Shown here: in pieces, positions 21,447-32,213 of the stretch
Numbering within the stretch: position 1 is the stretch's first letter
Layout: every line of letters begins with the position of its first letter
Assembly: GCA_047285535.1 (NCBI GenBank)
Contig: JBJBDC010000001.1
Coordinates: 1,792,136-1,856,135 of the forward strand
Length of the DNA stretch: 64,000 bases
Source of the DNA: Synechococcus sp.
GTDB taxonomy: Bacteria; Cyanobacteriota; Cyanobacteriia; PCC-6307; Cyanobiaceae
Direction: 5' to 3'
Translations under genes and position numbers: made by a program
Notes under the pieces: model-generated
Database searches by the model: none
What the model was told of the DNA's origin: nothing
Seen by the model: the letters and a program-made list of their open reading frames with translations, nothing else

Positions 21447-23138
21447 TTGCGGATGCAAGCACCACTCTCCAACCCACACCAGGCTCGAGAGAAGTCTTTT
21501 GCAAAGGGCTTAAAACCAAGCAGGCAAGCGCTGGTTGCAGCGCTGATCTTCGCAGGCCTAGCACTCCTGCTTCAGGCCTGGAGATCCCATGTGCTCCTTG
21601 CCAGTTACGACCAAGGCATCTTCCAACAAGTGCTGTGGAACAGCCTGAGGGGCCATCCATTTGAGAGCACTCTCTCGTCTCAGCTCTCAACCAACGTGAT
21701 CCATAGCGGAGAACCACCGGCCTTGGGCTATGCACGCCTAGGCCAACACTTCACCCCTTCCCTGCTGATCTGGGCACCTTTGCTCGGGTTGATCGGTGGC
21801 GCTGCTCTTCCGATCGTGCAAGTGATGCTGATGACCTGCGCAGGTTTGTTGCTTCATTCGCTGGCCCGCCAGTTGGTTCCGATCAGAACGGCGAATTGGA
21901 TCACCTACGGGTTTTACGGGGGGAACGCGCTGATTGGGCCCACATTGGGCAATTTCACCGATCTATGCCAGCTTCCCCTCCTGGTATTTGCGTTGATGTT
22001 TGGCCTTCAGAAACGAGTGAGCTGGTTGATCATCAGCGCTGCTCTCCTCATACCACTCATTCGCGAAGACACCGGGATCATGTTGGTTGCCATTGGGCTG
22101 TGGTTGCTCCTTCGAGAGCGCCAACGATGGCCCATGGCAATTGCATTAATCACCTGGGGGGCTGGGTGGATGGTGCTAGTGACCAATGCATTGATGCCGC
22201 TGTTCTCTGACGACAACAGCAAGCGATTCATGGTGGAAAACTTTGGCCAATATCTCAAAGCTGATCCCAGTGAAGGAGCCAGCAGCCTGTCCATGCTGCG
22301 GCAGGCTTTAAGCCAGCCACTCACTCTTCTCAGGGAACTCATCACCCCGCCAGGCCAAACCCTTTTGTATCTGCTGGGTCACGGACTGCCGTTTCTGATG
22401 GTGCCGCTGATCAGCATCGATGCATGGATCCTTGCGGGTCCATCACTCCTTGGCTTGTTTCTGGCTCAGGGCAGCAATGACCCACTCTCCATCACGATTC
22501 GCTACACGCTTCTCGTGGTTCCAGGCTTCAGCCTTGGGGCTCTGCTGTGGTGGAGCCATCGCCGCCAGTCCATTCCCGGACCTCGCACACGTCTGGCCTG
22601 GGGTATCGCCATCAGCCTGTCTCTCTTACTCACCGTGAGTAGCAATCCCCATCGCAGCTTGTCTTGGATCGTGCCGGACAGCATCAGGCCGATGGTTTTT
22701 AGCAATCCCATTCAGCAATGGGAGCACGGACAAAAGGCCCGACAAGCGCTGAACGTGATCCCTAAAGAGGCTTCAGTCAGTGCCAATACGCCCCTCATCC
22801 CCTTACTCGCTCGACGTGAGGTTGCGGTCCGCTATCCCGAATCTCTGCATTACCTCGACCGAAACAAAAACAAACTCTCGGTGGATTGGATCGCCGTCGA
22901 TCTCGACTGGTTAGAGCGCTACAGCGTGGCGTTCCGAAGCGACTGGCGTGAACTGAAACGCATCAAAGAAGACTTGCCAGGGCAAATGAACACTTACCAG
23001 GTGCAATCAATCGATGACGGTATCGCCGTGTTGCAACGAGGTGGTTCAAATAAACCAGATTTGGAACAGCAATTGCGTGAACGTCTGGCCACTCCGCTTC
23101 CACCTGACCCAAGACAACAATCCGCCAAAAGTCCCTGA
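21447..23138 (+). CDS. DUF2079-family membrane protein (GT-C-like)
   Basis: SYDQGIFQQVLWNS, LGQHFTP, NFTDL, IREDTG and IRY motifs; start codon uncertain. Confidence 0.8.
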   Translation: MRMQAPLSNPHQAREKSFAKGLKPSRQALVAALIFAGLALLLQAWRSHVLLASYDQGIFQQVLWNSLRGHPFESTLSSQLSTNVIHSGEPPALGYARLGQHFTPSLLIWAPLLGLIGGAALPIVQVMLMTCAGLLLHSLARQLVPIRTANWITYGFYGGNALIGPTLGNFTDLCQLPLLVFALMFGLQKRVSWLIISAALLIPLIREDTGIMLVAIGLWLLLRERQRWPMAIALITWGAGWMVLVTNALMPLFSDDNSKRFMVENFGQYLKADPSEGASSLSMLRQALSQPLTLLRELITPPGQTLLYLLGHGLPFLMVPLISIDAWILAGPSLLGLFLAQGSNDPLSITIRYTLLVVPGFSLGALLWWSHRRQSIPGPRTRLAWGIAISLSLLLTVSSNPHRSLSWIVPDSIRPMVFSNPIQQWEHGQKARQALNVIPKEASVSANTPLIPLLARREVAVRYPESLHYLDRNKNKLSVDWIAVDLDWLERYSVAFRSDWRELKRIKEDLPGQMNTYQVQSIDDGIAVLQRGGSNKPDLEQQLRERLATPLPPDPRQQSAKSP

Positions 23139-23144
23139 AACGAT

Positions 23145-23171
23145 GCCCCCGACCAGAGACTGGCCGGGGGC
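23145..23171. terminator. GC-rich hairpin, probable (possibly bidirectional) terminator
   Basis: GCCCCCGACCAG-AGA-CTGGCCGGGGGC. Confidence 0.65.
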
Positions 23172-23226
23172 TCTCGCCGGGTCCGCTCTGGCGCGGAACC
23201 GAGTGATCAGTCAGAAGATGAAGCCG

Positions 23227-23280
23227 TCAGCCGGCGTTCTCCGCGATCAGCAGACCCTGGGTCAAACAACTGGAACTCAT
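23227..23280 (-). other. Candidate 17-aa peptide ORF within a structured small RNA (MSSSCLTQGLLIAENAG)
   Basis: AGGAGGAGGT Shine-Dalgarno at 23285-23294; two hairpins downstream. Confidence 0.45.
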
Positions 23281-23314
23281 GGACACCTCCTCCTGGATGG
23301 ATAGATGAACGCCG

Positions 23315-24937
23315 GTGATGCATTCGGCCTCATTTGTGAACCCGAAGGTTGAGGATGAGACCACATCACTGCGAACAGGTCCTTTGCAAGATAACGGACG
23401 CTTGGGGCTTACGGCATGGCAATTGCCGTTTTTGCTTTGGTTCCTCACCCTGCTGATATGGCTCCCTTGGCTAGGCAACGTCCCACTACGCGATTGGGAT
23501 GAGGCTCTAGTAGCGGGAGTGGCTCGATCCACTACAACACAACCCGCATGGGAGTGGCTCCTGGCCATCAAGAACAGTGAGGCGATTTACCTCAACAAAC
23601 CGCCAGGCCTGCACTGGCTCATCGGTTCCTCCATCAAGCGATTTGGAGAAGAGGAATGGGCTGTTCGCCTCATTCCAACCCTGCTGTCCAGCCTGTCCGT
23701 ACCGCTCATCGTCTTGCTAAGACGTCAACTCAGGAATGGTCCTGGAAGCGAGCGCTCCGCGCTTTGTTCTGGCTTGATCCTGATGACTCTCTTACCAATG
23801 GCTCGCCATGGCCGATTGGCAATGCTGGACGGCACCCTGGTGAGCTGCAGTTTGCTGTTAATCATTGGCTGGCTCAGCAGCAAACGCACCCCTTGGCATG
23901 GACTCCTCGCCGGACTAGGGGGCAGCGGCATTTTGCTCCTCAAACCACCTGCCCTGCTTGGTTACCTGGCCATGATCGGGATTATCACCCTTTTAGACAG
24001 GCAACAACATCCCAGGAAGCCTTCGTCATTGCTCTGGGTCATGAGCGGCCTCATCCCAGGCCTTATCTGGCATCTCTGGCACTTCTGGCAACGAGGCAGC
24101 GACGCTCTCGTGATGTGGAGCAGCCAGGGTTTAGGACGGGTGACCGAAGTCGTCGGAGACAACAGTGGTGCCTGGGTCATGCCACTCACCGAGATTCTTG
24201 AAGGGGGCTGGCCCTGGATCCTTTTGCTGCCCAGCGGCGTGTATTGGGCATGGCGTCATCGCAAGACTCATACGGGGCTCTGGGAGTTAGGCCTCCTGCT
24301 GGGAAGCGCCTTGATGGTGCTGCCCTTACGCACCCAGCTGCCTTGGTACAGCCATCTTCTCTGGCCACCGATCGCCCTGCTGTGTGGAGAACGCCTGGCT
24401 GCCTTACTGCATGAGGGTCGGCCCCACTGGGTCTCGAAAGCCTGGCAATGGATCGGAGCACTCCTGCTGGCAGGAACCTTTGTCCTAGTGGCTGCGAAAA
24501 CCAGCAATGAGCTTCCGATCACAGCCTTTGTTGCTGCGGGCCTTGGCTTGCTCATTGGTGGCACTGGGGTTGCCGCAACAGAACAGAATCAACGCCGACG
24601 GGGTCTTGTTGTCCTCATTACAGGATGGAGCCTTGGGCTACTTGCCCTTTGGCATAGCAACCTATGGCTATGGGAATTAAATGAAATCTGGGACCCAAGG
24701 CCTGTTGCAGCACAGATCCGTTTGCTACCACAAGATGCAGTGGTGATGCTGGACGGTTCCACGCGCCCCTCACTCAATTGGTATGCAGAACGGCCCTTAA
24801 AAGAATTCAATACGAACCTCTCCAGCGAGTTTTGGCTTGTCAGCGAGCGTTCAAGAGAAGGCTGCAAGATCGTCAGCAAAGCCCCAGCAACGAATGGCTG
24901 GACGCTCTGGCACTGTGATTCCACTGACCAATCATGA
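23315..24937 (+). CDS. ArnT/PMT-family (GT-C) membrane glycosyltransferase
   Basis: PLRDWDEA, YLNKPPG, RLAMLD and TQLPWY motifs; start uncertain. Confidence 0.85.
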   Translation: MMHSASFVNPKVEDETTSLRTGPLQDNGRLGLTAWQLPFLLWFLTLLIWLPWLGNVPLRDWDEALVAGVARSTTTQPAWEWLLAIKNSEAIYLNKPPGLHWLIGSSIKRFGEEEWAVRLIPTLLSSLSVPLIVLLRRQLRNGPGSERSALCSGLILMTLLPMARHGRLAMLDGTLVSCSLLLIIGWLSSKRTPWHGLLAGLGGSGILLLKPPALLGYLAMIGIITLLDRQQHPRKPSSLLWVMSGLIPGLIWHLWHFWQRGSDALVMWSSQGLGRVTEVVGDNSGAWVMPLTEILEGGWPWILLLPSGVYWAWRHRKTHTGLWELGLLLGSALMVLPLRTQLPWYSHLLWPPIALLCGERLAALLHEGRPHWVSKAWQWIGALLLAGTFVLVAAKTSNELPITAFVAAGLGLLIGGTGVAATEQNQRRRGLVVLITGWSLGLLALWHSNLWLWELNEIWDPRPVAAQIRLLPQDAVVMLDGSTRPSLNWYAERPLKEFNTNLSSEFWLVSERSREGCKIVSKAPATNGWTLWHCDSTDQS

Positions 24938-26355
24938 ACAGCACGCCTGCACCACGCCTCTGGTGGACGGCCCTTGGCTTGGCATTCCTGGGTTGGGGCG
25001 TCGCGGCTTCTCGCCATTGGCTGCTCCAAAGCAATGCGTATGACCTCGGCCTTTTTGACCAATGGGCCTGGCTCATCGGCAATGGACTACCACCCATCTC
25101 ATCGATGGAAAAGGTGCACGTCCTGGCGGATCACGGCGCCTGGGTGTTCTATGGATCCGGCCTTTTGTACAGGCTGTATCCCTCCATTCAATGGTTACTG
25201 GCAAGCCAGGCTCTCGCGCTAAGCCTGACGGCAATTCCGATTTGGATGCTGGCAGCGCAAGCCGGGCTTTCAATACGGCTCTGTTGGTTCAGTTGTCTGC
25301 TGTGGTGGCTCCAACCTTTGGTCTTCAATGTCAATCTGTTCGATTTCCATCCAGAGGTCTGGGTCATGCCAGGGCTAGCCCTCGCCATCTGGGCTCAACG
25401 CCAGCGAAGGCTGGGGTTATGGCTTTTTCTTCTGATCTTGATGCTGGGTTGTCGCGATGGCCTTGTGCTCATCACGCTTGGGCTCAGCCTGAGTTTGTTG
25501 ATTCAACGGCGATGGAGCTGGGCCATCGCTGGGACAGCGATCTCCGGAGCCTGGATGCTCCTTCTGAGTCAGTGGCTCTATCCGTTGTTACGCAATGGCG
25601 AGGGACCAAAAGCGGCGAGTCAGATGTTCCCTCATTTAGGGGACAACCTCGGCGACATCCTGTTCACACTCGTGAGCCGTCCATGGCTTGTTTTGACCCA
25701 CATTGACGGGGCCGGAGCTACTTTTTACCTCCTTCTCTTAATCCTTCCCACCCTTCCCTTCTGGAGAAGGCGCTCATTCGTGATTTTGAGTGCTGCGCTA
25801 CCGCTGCTGGTCGTGAATCTCAACGCAGAGGCCTCGTCTTATAGAACTCTGATCCATCACTACAGCCTGCCGGTTGCCGTACTGAGCGTATCGGCCGCTA
25901 TCGACGGGTTGGCCATCAAACCGAAACAGCCCTTCCCATGGAAGGGTGTTGCTTGGGTTGTGGCTTGCTGGATAGCGCTTGCCAAACCCTGGTTTTTTAC
26001 TGGTCCATATTTGAACAAAGTGGGCATGGTTGGCGACGTTAAACAGGCCATCTCAACGCTCAGTCCTCAAGACCGCGTCCTCACGACCAGCTATCTGGTC
26101 CCGCAGATCAGTCAGAGAAGACACATTGCCTTTGCCAAACAATCGCTCAGTCAGCAAGCCTTTGAAGATGGTTGGACTGTGTTCTTGCTGAATCCCAACC
26201 AACCGGGCTGGGGGTCGAACGGAAGCATCCAGATCGGTCTGCTCAATCAAGCAAAAGACAGGAATTGGACGTGTCAGAGCTGGAAGTCGGGCCTTGAGCT
26301 TTGCCGGCAAGCCGACGCAGCACCACAGCTCCTCCATCGCAATAACCCTGGGTAA
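24934..26355 (+). CDS. DUF2079-family membrane protein
   Basis: AYDLGLFDQ, LADH, FDFHPE, CRDG and HHYS motifs. Confidence 0.85.
   Translation: MNSTPAPRLWWTALGLAFLGWGVAASRHWLLQSNAYDLGLFDQWAWLIGNGLPPISSMEKVHVLADHGAWVFYGSGLLYRLYPSIQWLLASQALALSLTAIPIWMLAAQAGLSIRLCWFSCLLWWLQPLVFNVNLFDFHPEVWVMPGLALAIWAQRQRRLGLWLFLLILMLGCRDGLVLITLGLSLSLLIQRRWSWAIAGTAISGAWMLLLSQWLYPLLRNGEGPKAASQMFPHLGDNLGDILFTLVSRPWLVLTHIDGAGATFYLLLLILPTLPFWRRRSFVILSAALPLLVVNLNAEASSYRTLIHHYSLPVAVLSVSAAIDGLAIKPKQPFPWKGVAWVVACWIALAKPWFFTGPYLNKVGMVGDVKQAISTLSPQDRVLTTSYLVPQISQRRHIAFAKQSLSQQAFEDGWTVFLLNPNQPGWGSNGSIQIGLLNQAKDRNWTCQSWKSGLELCRQADAAPQLLHRNNPG
26227..26344. repeat. 118-bp direct repeat, left boundary of the RiPP island
   Basis: Matches 42917-43034 (offset 16690) with 7 mismatches by manual alignment. 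Confidence 0.92.
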
Positions 26356-26457
26356 CGTCTCGCGAATCCAGAGATGAACAACTTCATGGGACCCAAACAC
26401 AGGATTCCCATCAATTAGGACAGTCGATCGTCCCTTCTTGAGTGTTGATCCAGCAAC

Positions 26458-28602
26458 TTAAGCCCCCCGAGAACGGACCTCCTCTAGGTAGCCCTGGTTT
26501 TTGAGTTCGTCCCAGCTGCCAGATTCCTGGATCATTCCGTTGCGCAGAACCAGAATCCGATCAGCATCACGGATCGTTGCCAGGCGATGAGCCACGCTAA
26601 TGCGGGTGATTCCTAGCCCCTCGACAGTGGAATTGATTCTCTGTTGCGATGTTGGATCAAGAGCACTAGTTGCCTCATCCATAATGAGCACACGTGGTTG
26701 ATGGATGAGAGCACGAGCGATGGCGATGCGCTGAGCCTGACCGCCCGAAACATTGCCACCACCATCACTCAGCAAAGTCTCTAGCTTCATCGGCATTGCC
26801 TCCACTTCTTCGTCAACGGAAGCAGAACGCAGCGCCTCCCAGACCTGCTCTTCACTGAGCACTAAGCCTCCCGAGACGACGTCGAAGATAGATCCAGAAT
26901 TCAGGTGCGCAGTCTGGAGTACAACGCCGAGCTGCCTTCGGTAATTGCGGATTGCAAGCTGGTTCAGGGGGATGCCATCCACTAGCAACTCGCCTCCTTG
27001 TGGTTCGACAAAACCGAGCAGCATCCGTACCAAGGTTGACTTGCCACAGCCGCTCGGGCCGGTAATCACAGTGTTTAGACCGGCTTCGATCTCAAAGCTG
27101 AGATTGCGGAAGATGGGTTCACTGGCTTGAGGGAAAGCATAAGTAATTTCGCGGAAGCGAAAATTTCCCTCAAGCTGATGATGCACCGCATCCGGTTCAT
27201 AGCCCTTTTCAACAGAGGCATAGAGAACAGGTTCAGCGCGTTGCCAGAGAACTGAGGCTCGGCCTGCCGTCGAGGCGATAAGGTTTGCTGCCTGGGTCAG
27301 CGAGGAATTGAACCCTGTGAAAGCGGCATTGAAGGAGATGAAGCTCACTAGAATGGCCGCGAACTGAATGCTGTCACCACTGGCCGAAAGCACTCGGCGT
27401 ATGACGATAGTGAACATCATCAGCGAAGCCAGGGGCGCAACCAATGTTCCGAAGACCTGAATCCCGTCGCCATAGAAATTGCTGCGCAATTGAAGCAGGG
27501 CGTACCGGTTCACTTCGCGCAACCAACGAAGCAGCACGAAGGGCTCTGCCGCAGCACTCCGGATCTGGGGAAGCCCCATCACAGCCTGGAGAGAAAAATT
27601 AGTGATCTCAGCACCACTCTCAAGAAGGGGGCGCTGCAGGCTGACATCACGAAGCGTGAGATAGAGCAGGCCGATCAGAGAGATGACGGTGAATGCAACC
27701 GCCCAGATCGCCAACTTGGAGTCATAGATGAACATGAGAATGAAATACCCCACGCCAAATACCGCGGACAGAAGCGTCGACAGCACACCATTTCCAAGCA
27801 ACTTCCGCAACTGATTGATCGCCTCAACTCTCGAGGAGAGATCGCCCGTGGTGTACCTGGAGACAAACGCCATCGGCAACCGCATTACCCGATCAAAGAC
27901 AGCCGTCTGTAAGCGGAGATCGGTGACACTCTCCAGACGAAGCATCATCAGCGTCTGCAGATATTGAGCGGCCGCAAGTCCTGCAACGACGACGAGAACG
28001 ATGACCAGCCCTTGGAGCAGCAAAGCTTTGTCGTTAGCAGGTAAAACCTTGTTTACAAGAAGGTTGGTGAAAATAGGAAGCGCAAGGTTGAAAGCCATCA
28101 CCGCCGCAGAAGCCAGCAAGAGCCCCCAGATCGCACTGGTTTGTGTGCGGAAGGCGAACCGGAAAACACTTAACGGCCCAGGGACCACTGACGGCAGCGA
28201 TGGATAGATCTCGAAGGCCTCGTTAGCCAAACAGGCGCCCTCAGGGACCTTCCAGCGAAGATCACGAATGGCGGAATAGAACCAGTTGCGACCATTTTCT
28301 CTGAATAACGCAAGCGGCTCACCAGATTCGGCATCTTGAACAATTAGCATTGGATACTCTCCAATCCAAGGCTGGCGAGGCGCCACGATCCTGCGATGGT
28401 GAATATCGTTATTGTCCAGTTGAACGTCTATGGGAGCATCGGCGATGAGCATCAGATGCTTAATGGGGGCTTGTAACCGTCGAAGACAAAATCCGATCAG
28501 CCGAAGATCACTCTGCGGAGAAACATTCTCATCGACGTCTAGGAGAAGATTCGTCTCTATCGAATGAGCTTCCTCGAGAGCATGCTGGCGGGATGAGGTC
28601 AT
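26458..28602 (-). CDS. NHLP/NHLM bacteriocin-system ABC transporter, permease/ATP-binding, without peptidase domain
   Basis: Transmembrane domain; GPSGCGKST, VSGGQAQR and IMDEATSALD motifs. Confidence 0.88.
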   Translation of the reverse strand: MTSSRQHALEEAHSIETNLLLDVDENVSPQSDLRLIGFCLRRLQAPIKHLMLIADAPIDVQLDNNDIHHRRIVAPRQPWIGEYPMLIVQDAESGEPLALFRENGRNWFYSAIRDLRWKVPEGACLANEAFEIYPSLPSVVPGPLSVFRFAFRTQTSAIWGLLLASAAVMAFNLALPIFTNLLVNKVLPANDKALLLQGLVIVLVVVAGLAAAQYLQTLMMLRLESVTDLRLQTAVFDRVMRLPMAFVSRYTTGDLSSRVEAINQLRKLLGNGVLSTLLSAVFGVGYFILMFIYDSKLAIWAVAFTVISLIGLLYLTLRDVSLQRPLLESGAEITNFSLQAVMGLPQIRSAAAEPFVLLRWLREVNRYALLQLRSNFYGDGIQVFGTLVAPLASLMMFTIVIRRVLSASGDSIQFAAILVSFISFNAAFTGFNSSLTQAANLIASTAGRASVLWQRAEPVLYASVEKGYEPDAVHHQLEGNFRFREITYAFPQASEPIFRNLSFEIEAGLNTVITGPSGCGKSTLVRMLLGFVEPQGGELLVDGIPLNQLAIRNYRRQLGVVLQTAHLNSGSIFDVVSGGLVLSEEQVWEALRSASVDEEVEAMPMKLETLLSDGGGNVSGGQAQRIAIARALIHQPRVLIMDEATSALDPTSQQRINSTVEGLGITRISVAHRLATIRDADRILVLRNGMIQESGSWDELKNQGYLEEVRSRGA

Positions 28603-30830
28603 AACTCAACCTCAATTTGATCGCGTTGTTCAGCTGCAAGAAGTTTGCTGAAAGCACCGCCCGGATCCTCCAACAATTTCTGCGGATGTCCACACTGAAT
28701 GATCTGCCCTTGGGACATCACCAACACCTGATCACTAACCAGAGCCGCATCCAGTCGATGCGCCACGCTGACGACTGTGATCCCCTTTCGGCAGACGTTT
28801 TCGAGAACTCTTCGCTGCGTGAGGTTGTCAAGAGAACTAGTCGCCTCGTCGAGTAACAAGATCGCAGGCTGACGGATCAAAGCCCTGCAAAGCTCGAGCC
28901 GCTGTCGCTCTCCCCCACTCAGATCCCGACCATTATCCTCAAGCTGACGCAAGAATGCGTCTGGATGCCCGGTGATCATCTCCAAGAGCTGGGCAGCCTC
29001 TGCAGCCTGAACCAGATCATCTAGCTGATATTCGGGATTCCAAAGCGTGATGTTGTCCCAAATACTGGCATTTAAGACAAACACCTGCTGCGGGACATAA
29101 GCGATGCTGCTGCGTATTCTCTGATCGTTCCATCTATCCCAGATTTGACCATCAAAAAGCAACTCACCTTCGGTGGGAGGCACAAGGCCAGAGATCAGAC
29201 GAACCAGTGTGGTCTTACCAGACCCGCTTGGACCCACCAGAGCGACATGAGACCCGGCTGAAATCTCTAGATCAATTGGGGGGATAAAGGGCGGATCCAC
29301 AACATTGAACCCAAAACTGAGCCCCTTTAAAGTGATATTACCCCTTAGTTTCTCAGAAATTTCATTAGGCCTACCTTCAGCCCCAGGACGAACAACATCA
29401 AAGCTCTGAACATGGGAATCATTTTCAGAGCTTGTAAGGTCCAGCAAGCGCCCCAGATCTCCAATCAATCGCTGCACGGATGCACTCAACTGAGGCAATC
29501 CGTTGATTGGAGCCACGAGCTGGGCCTGCAGAAACTGAAAGGAGATCAGCACTCCAAGAGACAGCTTCCCAGCAATAATCAGCAGCCCTCCAATCGTGAG
29601 AACCAGAGATGACAGAAGCAAGGTGGCCGCGCTGGCACTGATCGTGGACCACGCCAGTTGGGCCCCTAGCAACTGGTTCTGCTCAACGACATTGCCGAAG
29701 TTTCCCTGCCACTGACTGAGAAAATCAAACTCGAGACCAGAAGCTTTCAGCGTCTCGATGTTATTGATACCTTGCAGTGCACGCCCTTGGGCCTTGCCCT
29801 GTTCGATCGCCAATCTGCGGTTCGCGTCGTAGCGATGCACAGTGAGCCACCAATTCAGGAGCAGATTCAACCCCAAAATCAACGCCACCAATAACGTGAG
29901 CCAAAAGGAGATCAGGGAGGTCACGATCATGATCAGCAACGCTGCCCAGCTACTAACAACAAAGCGCAGCAAATCAGCAACAACGATTTGAGTGGTGGTC
30001 ATGCCCAGGAGCATCCGTCCTGAAAGCTCACCATTCATGCGGACCTGAAAAAAAGCCCAAGGCACGGAAAACAGCTTTTCGAAAAGATCAGACGTCAGGC
30101 GTTTCGATAAAAGTAGTTCCATCCGTCTAAGCAACACGTACTGGAGGCTCAGTAATGTCAGCCACAACAAGATTGAGATGACCATTAACCAAACAATCGG
30201 GATGCCAAAATAAAGATGCTTATCCGTCAAAAAGTTGGAAATAAAGCTGGAAGTAAGACCAGCAATCATTAGGTTTGGTATGAGCAAGCCTGTCGCTACG
30301 GCAAATAATCGAATCAGTGGATTTCGATACGGAGCCAAAAGGGAAGGAAGCAGCCAAAGGGGAGAAGGATCCTCTCCCCCCTTTTGGAATTCCGGGCCGG
30401 GAGTGAACTCCAGCACGATGCCGGTGAATTTATCGAGAAACTCCTCCATCGGAATCCGGACACGACCCTGCATTGGATCACTGAGAAAAGCGTGACCGTC
30501 GTCGAAGCCCTCAACCACCAGAAAGTGATTAAATCCCCAAAAAACGATGCAAGGGAACTTGCCCTCCTCAATCAGCTGGGCTCCTGAACATTGATATCCC
30601 CTGGTTTTTAAGCCATAACTCTTGGCCGCTACCAATATGCTTTTCGCATTCGATCCATCACGATTAACGCCACACTCCTTACGGAGAATCGTCAATGGAA
30701 CGAGCCTGCCATGGTATCGGAGCACTGTGGCCAACGATGCAGCACCGCATTCAGCGGCTTCGTACTGAAGAACGGTCTTGGCCTTGACTCGCCTCCGCCG
30801 GTGGAACAGTTTCAAGGCACGAACTTTCAC
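28599..30830 (-). CDS. NHLP-type C39 peptidase/ABC exporter (leader cleavage and export)
   Basis: LQYEAAECGAASL and FNHFLVVEG C39 motifs; GPSGSGKTT, LSGGERQR and DEATSSLD motifs. Confidence 0.92.
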   Translation of the reverse strand: MKVRALKLFHRRRRVKAKTVLQYEAAECGAASLATVLRYHGRLVPLTILRKECGVNRDGSNAKSILVAAKSYGLKTRGYQCSGAQLIEEGKFPCIVFWGFNHFLVVEGFDDGHAFLSDPMQGRVRIPMEEFLDKFTGIVLEFTPGPEFQKGGEDPSPLWLLPSLLAPYRNPLIRLFAVATGLLIPNLMIAGLTSSFISNFLTDKHLYFGIPIVWLMVISILLWLTLLSLQYVLLRRMELLLSKRLTSDLFEKLFSVPWAFFQVRMNGELSGRMLLGMTTTQIVVADLLRFVVSSWAALLIMIVTSLISFWLTLLVALILGLNLLLNWWLTVHRYDANRRLAIEQGKAQGRALQGINNIETLKASGLEFDFLSQWQGNFGNVVEQNQLLGAQLAWSTISASAATLLLSSLVLTIGGLLIIAGKLSLGVLISFQFLQAQLVAPINGLPQLSASVQRLIGDLGRLLDLTSSENDSHVQSFDVVRPGAEGRPNEISEKLRGNITLKGLSFGFNVVDPPFIPPIDLEISAGSHVALVGPSGSGKTTLVRLISGLVPPTEGELLFDGQIWDRWNDQRIRSSIAYVPQQVFVLNASIWDNITLWNPEYQLDDLVQAAEAAQLLEMITGHPDAFLRQLEDNGRDLSGGERQRLELCRALIRQPAILLLDEATSSLDNLTQRRVLENVCRKGITVVSVAHRLDAALVSDQVLVMSQGQIIQCGHPQKLLEDPGGAFSKLLAAEQRDQIEVEL

Positions 30831-30839
30831 AGAATTAAC

Positions 30840-32213
30840 TTAATTGCCCCCAGCGGAAGGAACAATTTCCATGACTCCCTTCTTATTTTCAGGTGGAGTA
30901 AAGCCAAACCATCGACGCAGCCGTGGAATCACTAGAGCAATTGGTGCCACCCGTCTTGTTGTAATCGAGACCGTGAGCTCATCCGCAGGCTTTGGAGGGA
31001 AAGGCATGTCGCTATTGGAATTCCAGACATAGCCACCACGGTTCCCGCCTCGATCGTGACGGCTACGCTCCAGCTCAAGCACAGCCATGGTTGGACTTGG
31101 CTCGCGCTTTGTGATCACACTTGCCAAGCTTTGAACTCCGATACGAGACTGAACCTCCGCCTGGCTGCTGGGTAATTCCGAGACAGAAATGACCTTGCCG
31201 CGAATTCCACCCACCTCTGAACGCCTAAACCCAACCGGGGTGACCAGCACCTTCATCCCTTTACTTACTTGGGCCGCCTCTGCTGCTGAAAGAAACACTG
31301 GAACTCGCTTGGGCTCGTGAAGCTTCTTCCTACTGATTAGCATCAATTCATCGCCTCTCTTCACACCCGCACCATCGTTTGGCACTACCAAGCGAATAAA
31401 CAAATCGCTATCCGCGAAAAGCATCCCGTTGGAAATCGCCTGAGCCAAAGACTGCCTCAATTTGATGGACTCCTCGAGCAGCTCGGTCTCGAGCTTCACT
31501 AAGGTGTCATCAGTGGAGAAGAGTTGCGATTTCAGATTGTCTACTTGAGACTGCTCTGATAAAAGAGTGGGCTTGGTCACAAAGCCTTTCGCTACTAAAG
31601 ACTCCATCGACTTGAGGTAGTTCTCGCGTCTCTCGACGCCTAATTGCAAGTTGTGTTGTTTTTTCTCCAAAGTCGCTTTCTGAATCCGATTTTGACGCCC
31701 AATCGCCACTAATTCATCCACTTGTTTCTGAAGCGCCTCTCTCTCGCTGAGAGACCTGAGCCACATCAAAAGCTTCCCTTCTTGGTATTTGTGGTAGTCC
31801 GGTCCATAACCACGTCTCACATCTTTATCTGTAGGCGCCTGAGAGGGGGTGTAAGAACGAAGTATTTTCTGAGCCAGATCAAGCACCTGCTCATCAGTGA
31901 ACCGCTCAGGGTGTCGCTGAAAGGCAAGGGCTTCCTGCTCCCATGGGAAATCAGAATCGACAAACGCCCAATGCGCCACTCCGTCAACTCGCGCGCGAAG
32001 GCTATTGAGGACACCGACCGGTAGCAATACACCTGTGCCGTTAACGTCAACCGGCACTCTCGACAGAACCGACCAGAGCGTCGCCATCCCAGCCAACCCC
32101 AATCCGAACAGCAAAGTTAGCCGTAGCGGAGGAGTGAGAACACGGACTGCATTTGTATTTTCGCCAGCCTGATGGCGCTTGCGTAGCGCTCGTGTTTCAA
32201 AGATCTGCTTCAT
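30840..32213 (-). CDS. NHLP-system HlyD-family membrane fusion protein
   Basis: Single N-terminal transmembrane segment, VDVNGTGVLL, coiled coil, and RSEVGGIRGKVISVSELP. Confidence 0.88.
   Translation of the reverse strand: MKQIFETRALRKRHQAGENTNAVRVLTPPLRLTLLFGLGLAGMATLWSVLSRVPVDVNGTGVLLPVGVLNSLRARVDGVAHWAFVDSDFPWEQEALAFQRHPERFTDEQVLDLAQKILRSYTPSQAPTDKDVRRGYGPDYHKYQEGKLLMWLRSLSEREALQKQVDELVAIGRQNRIQKATLEKKQHNLQLGVERRENYLKSMESLVAKGFVTKPTLLSEQSQVDNLKSQLFSTDDTLVKLETELLEESIKLRQSLAQAISNGMLFADSDLFIRLVVPNDGAGVKRGDELMLISRKKLHEPKRVPVFLSAAEAAQVSKGMKVLVTPVGFRRSEVGGIRGKVISVSELPSSQAEVQSRIGVQSLASVITKREPSPTMAVLELERSRHDRGGNRGGYVWNSNSDMPFPPKPADELTVSITTRRVAPIALVIPRLRRWFGFTPPENKKGVMEIVPSAGGN

Noticed and set aside
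26053..26400. Minus-strand ORF sharing IAMEELWCCVG with the ORF at 42833-43429
   Set aside because: Both are shadow frames of real genes. The shared peptide only reflects the 118-bp DNA repeat.
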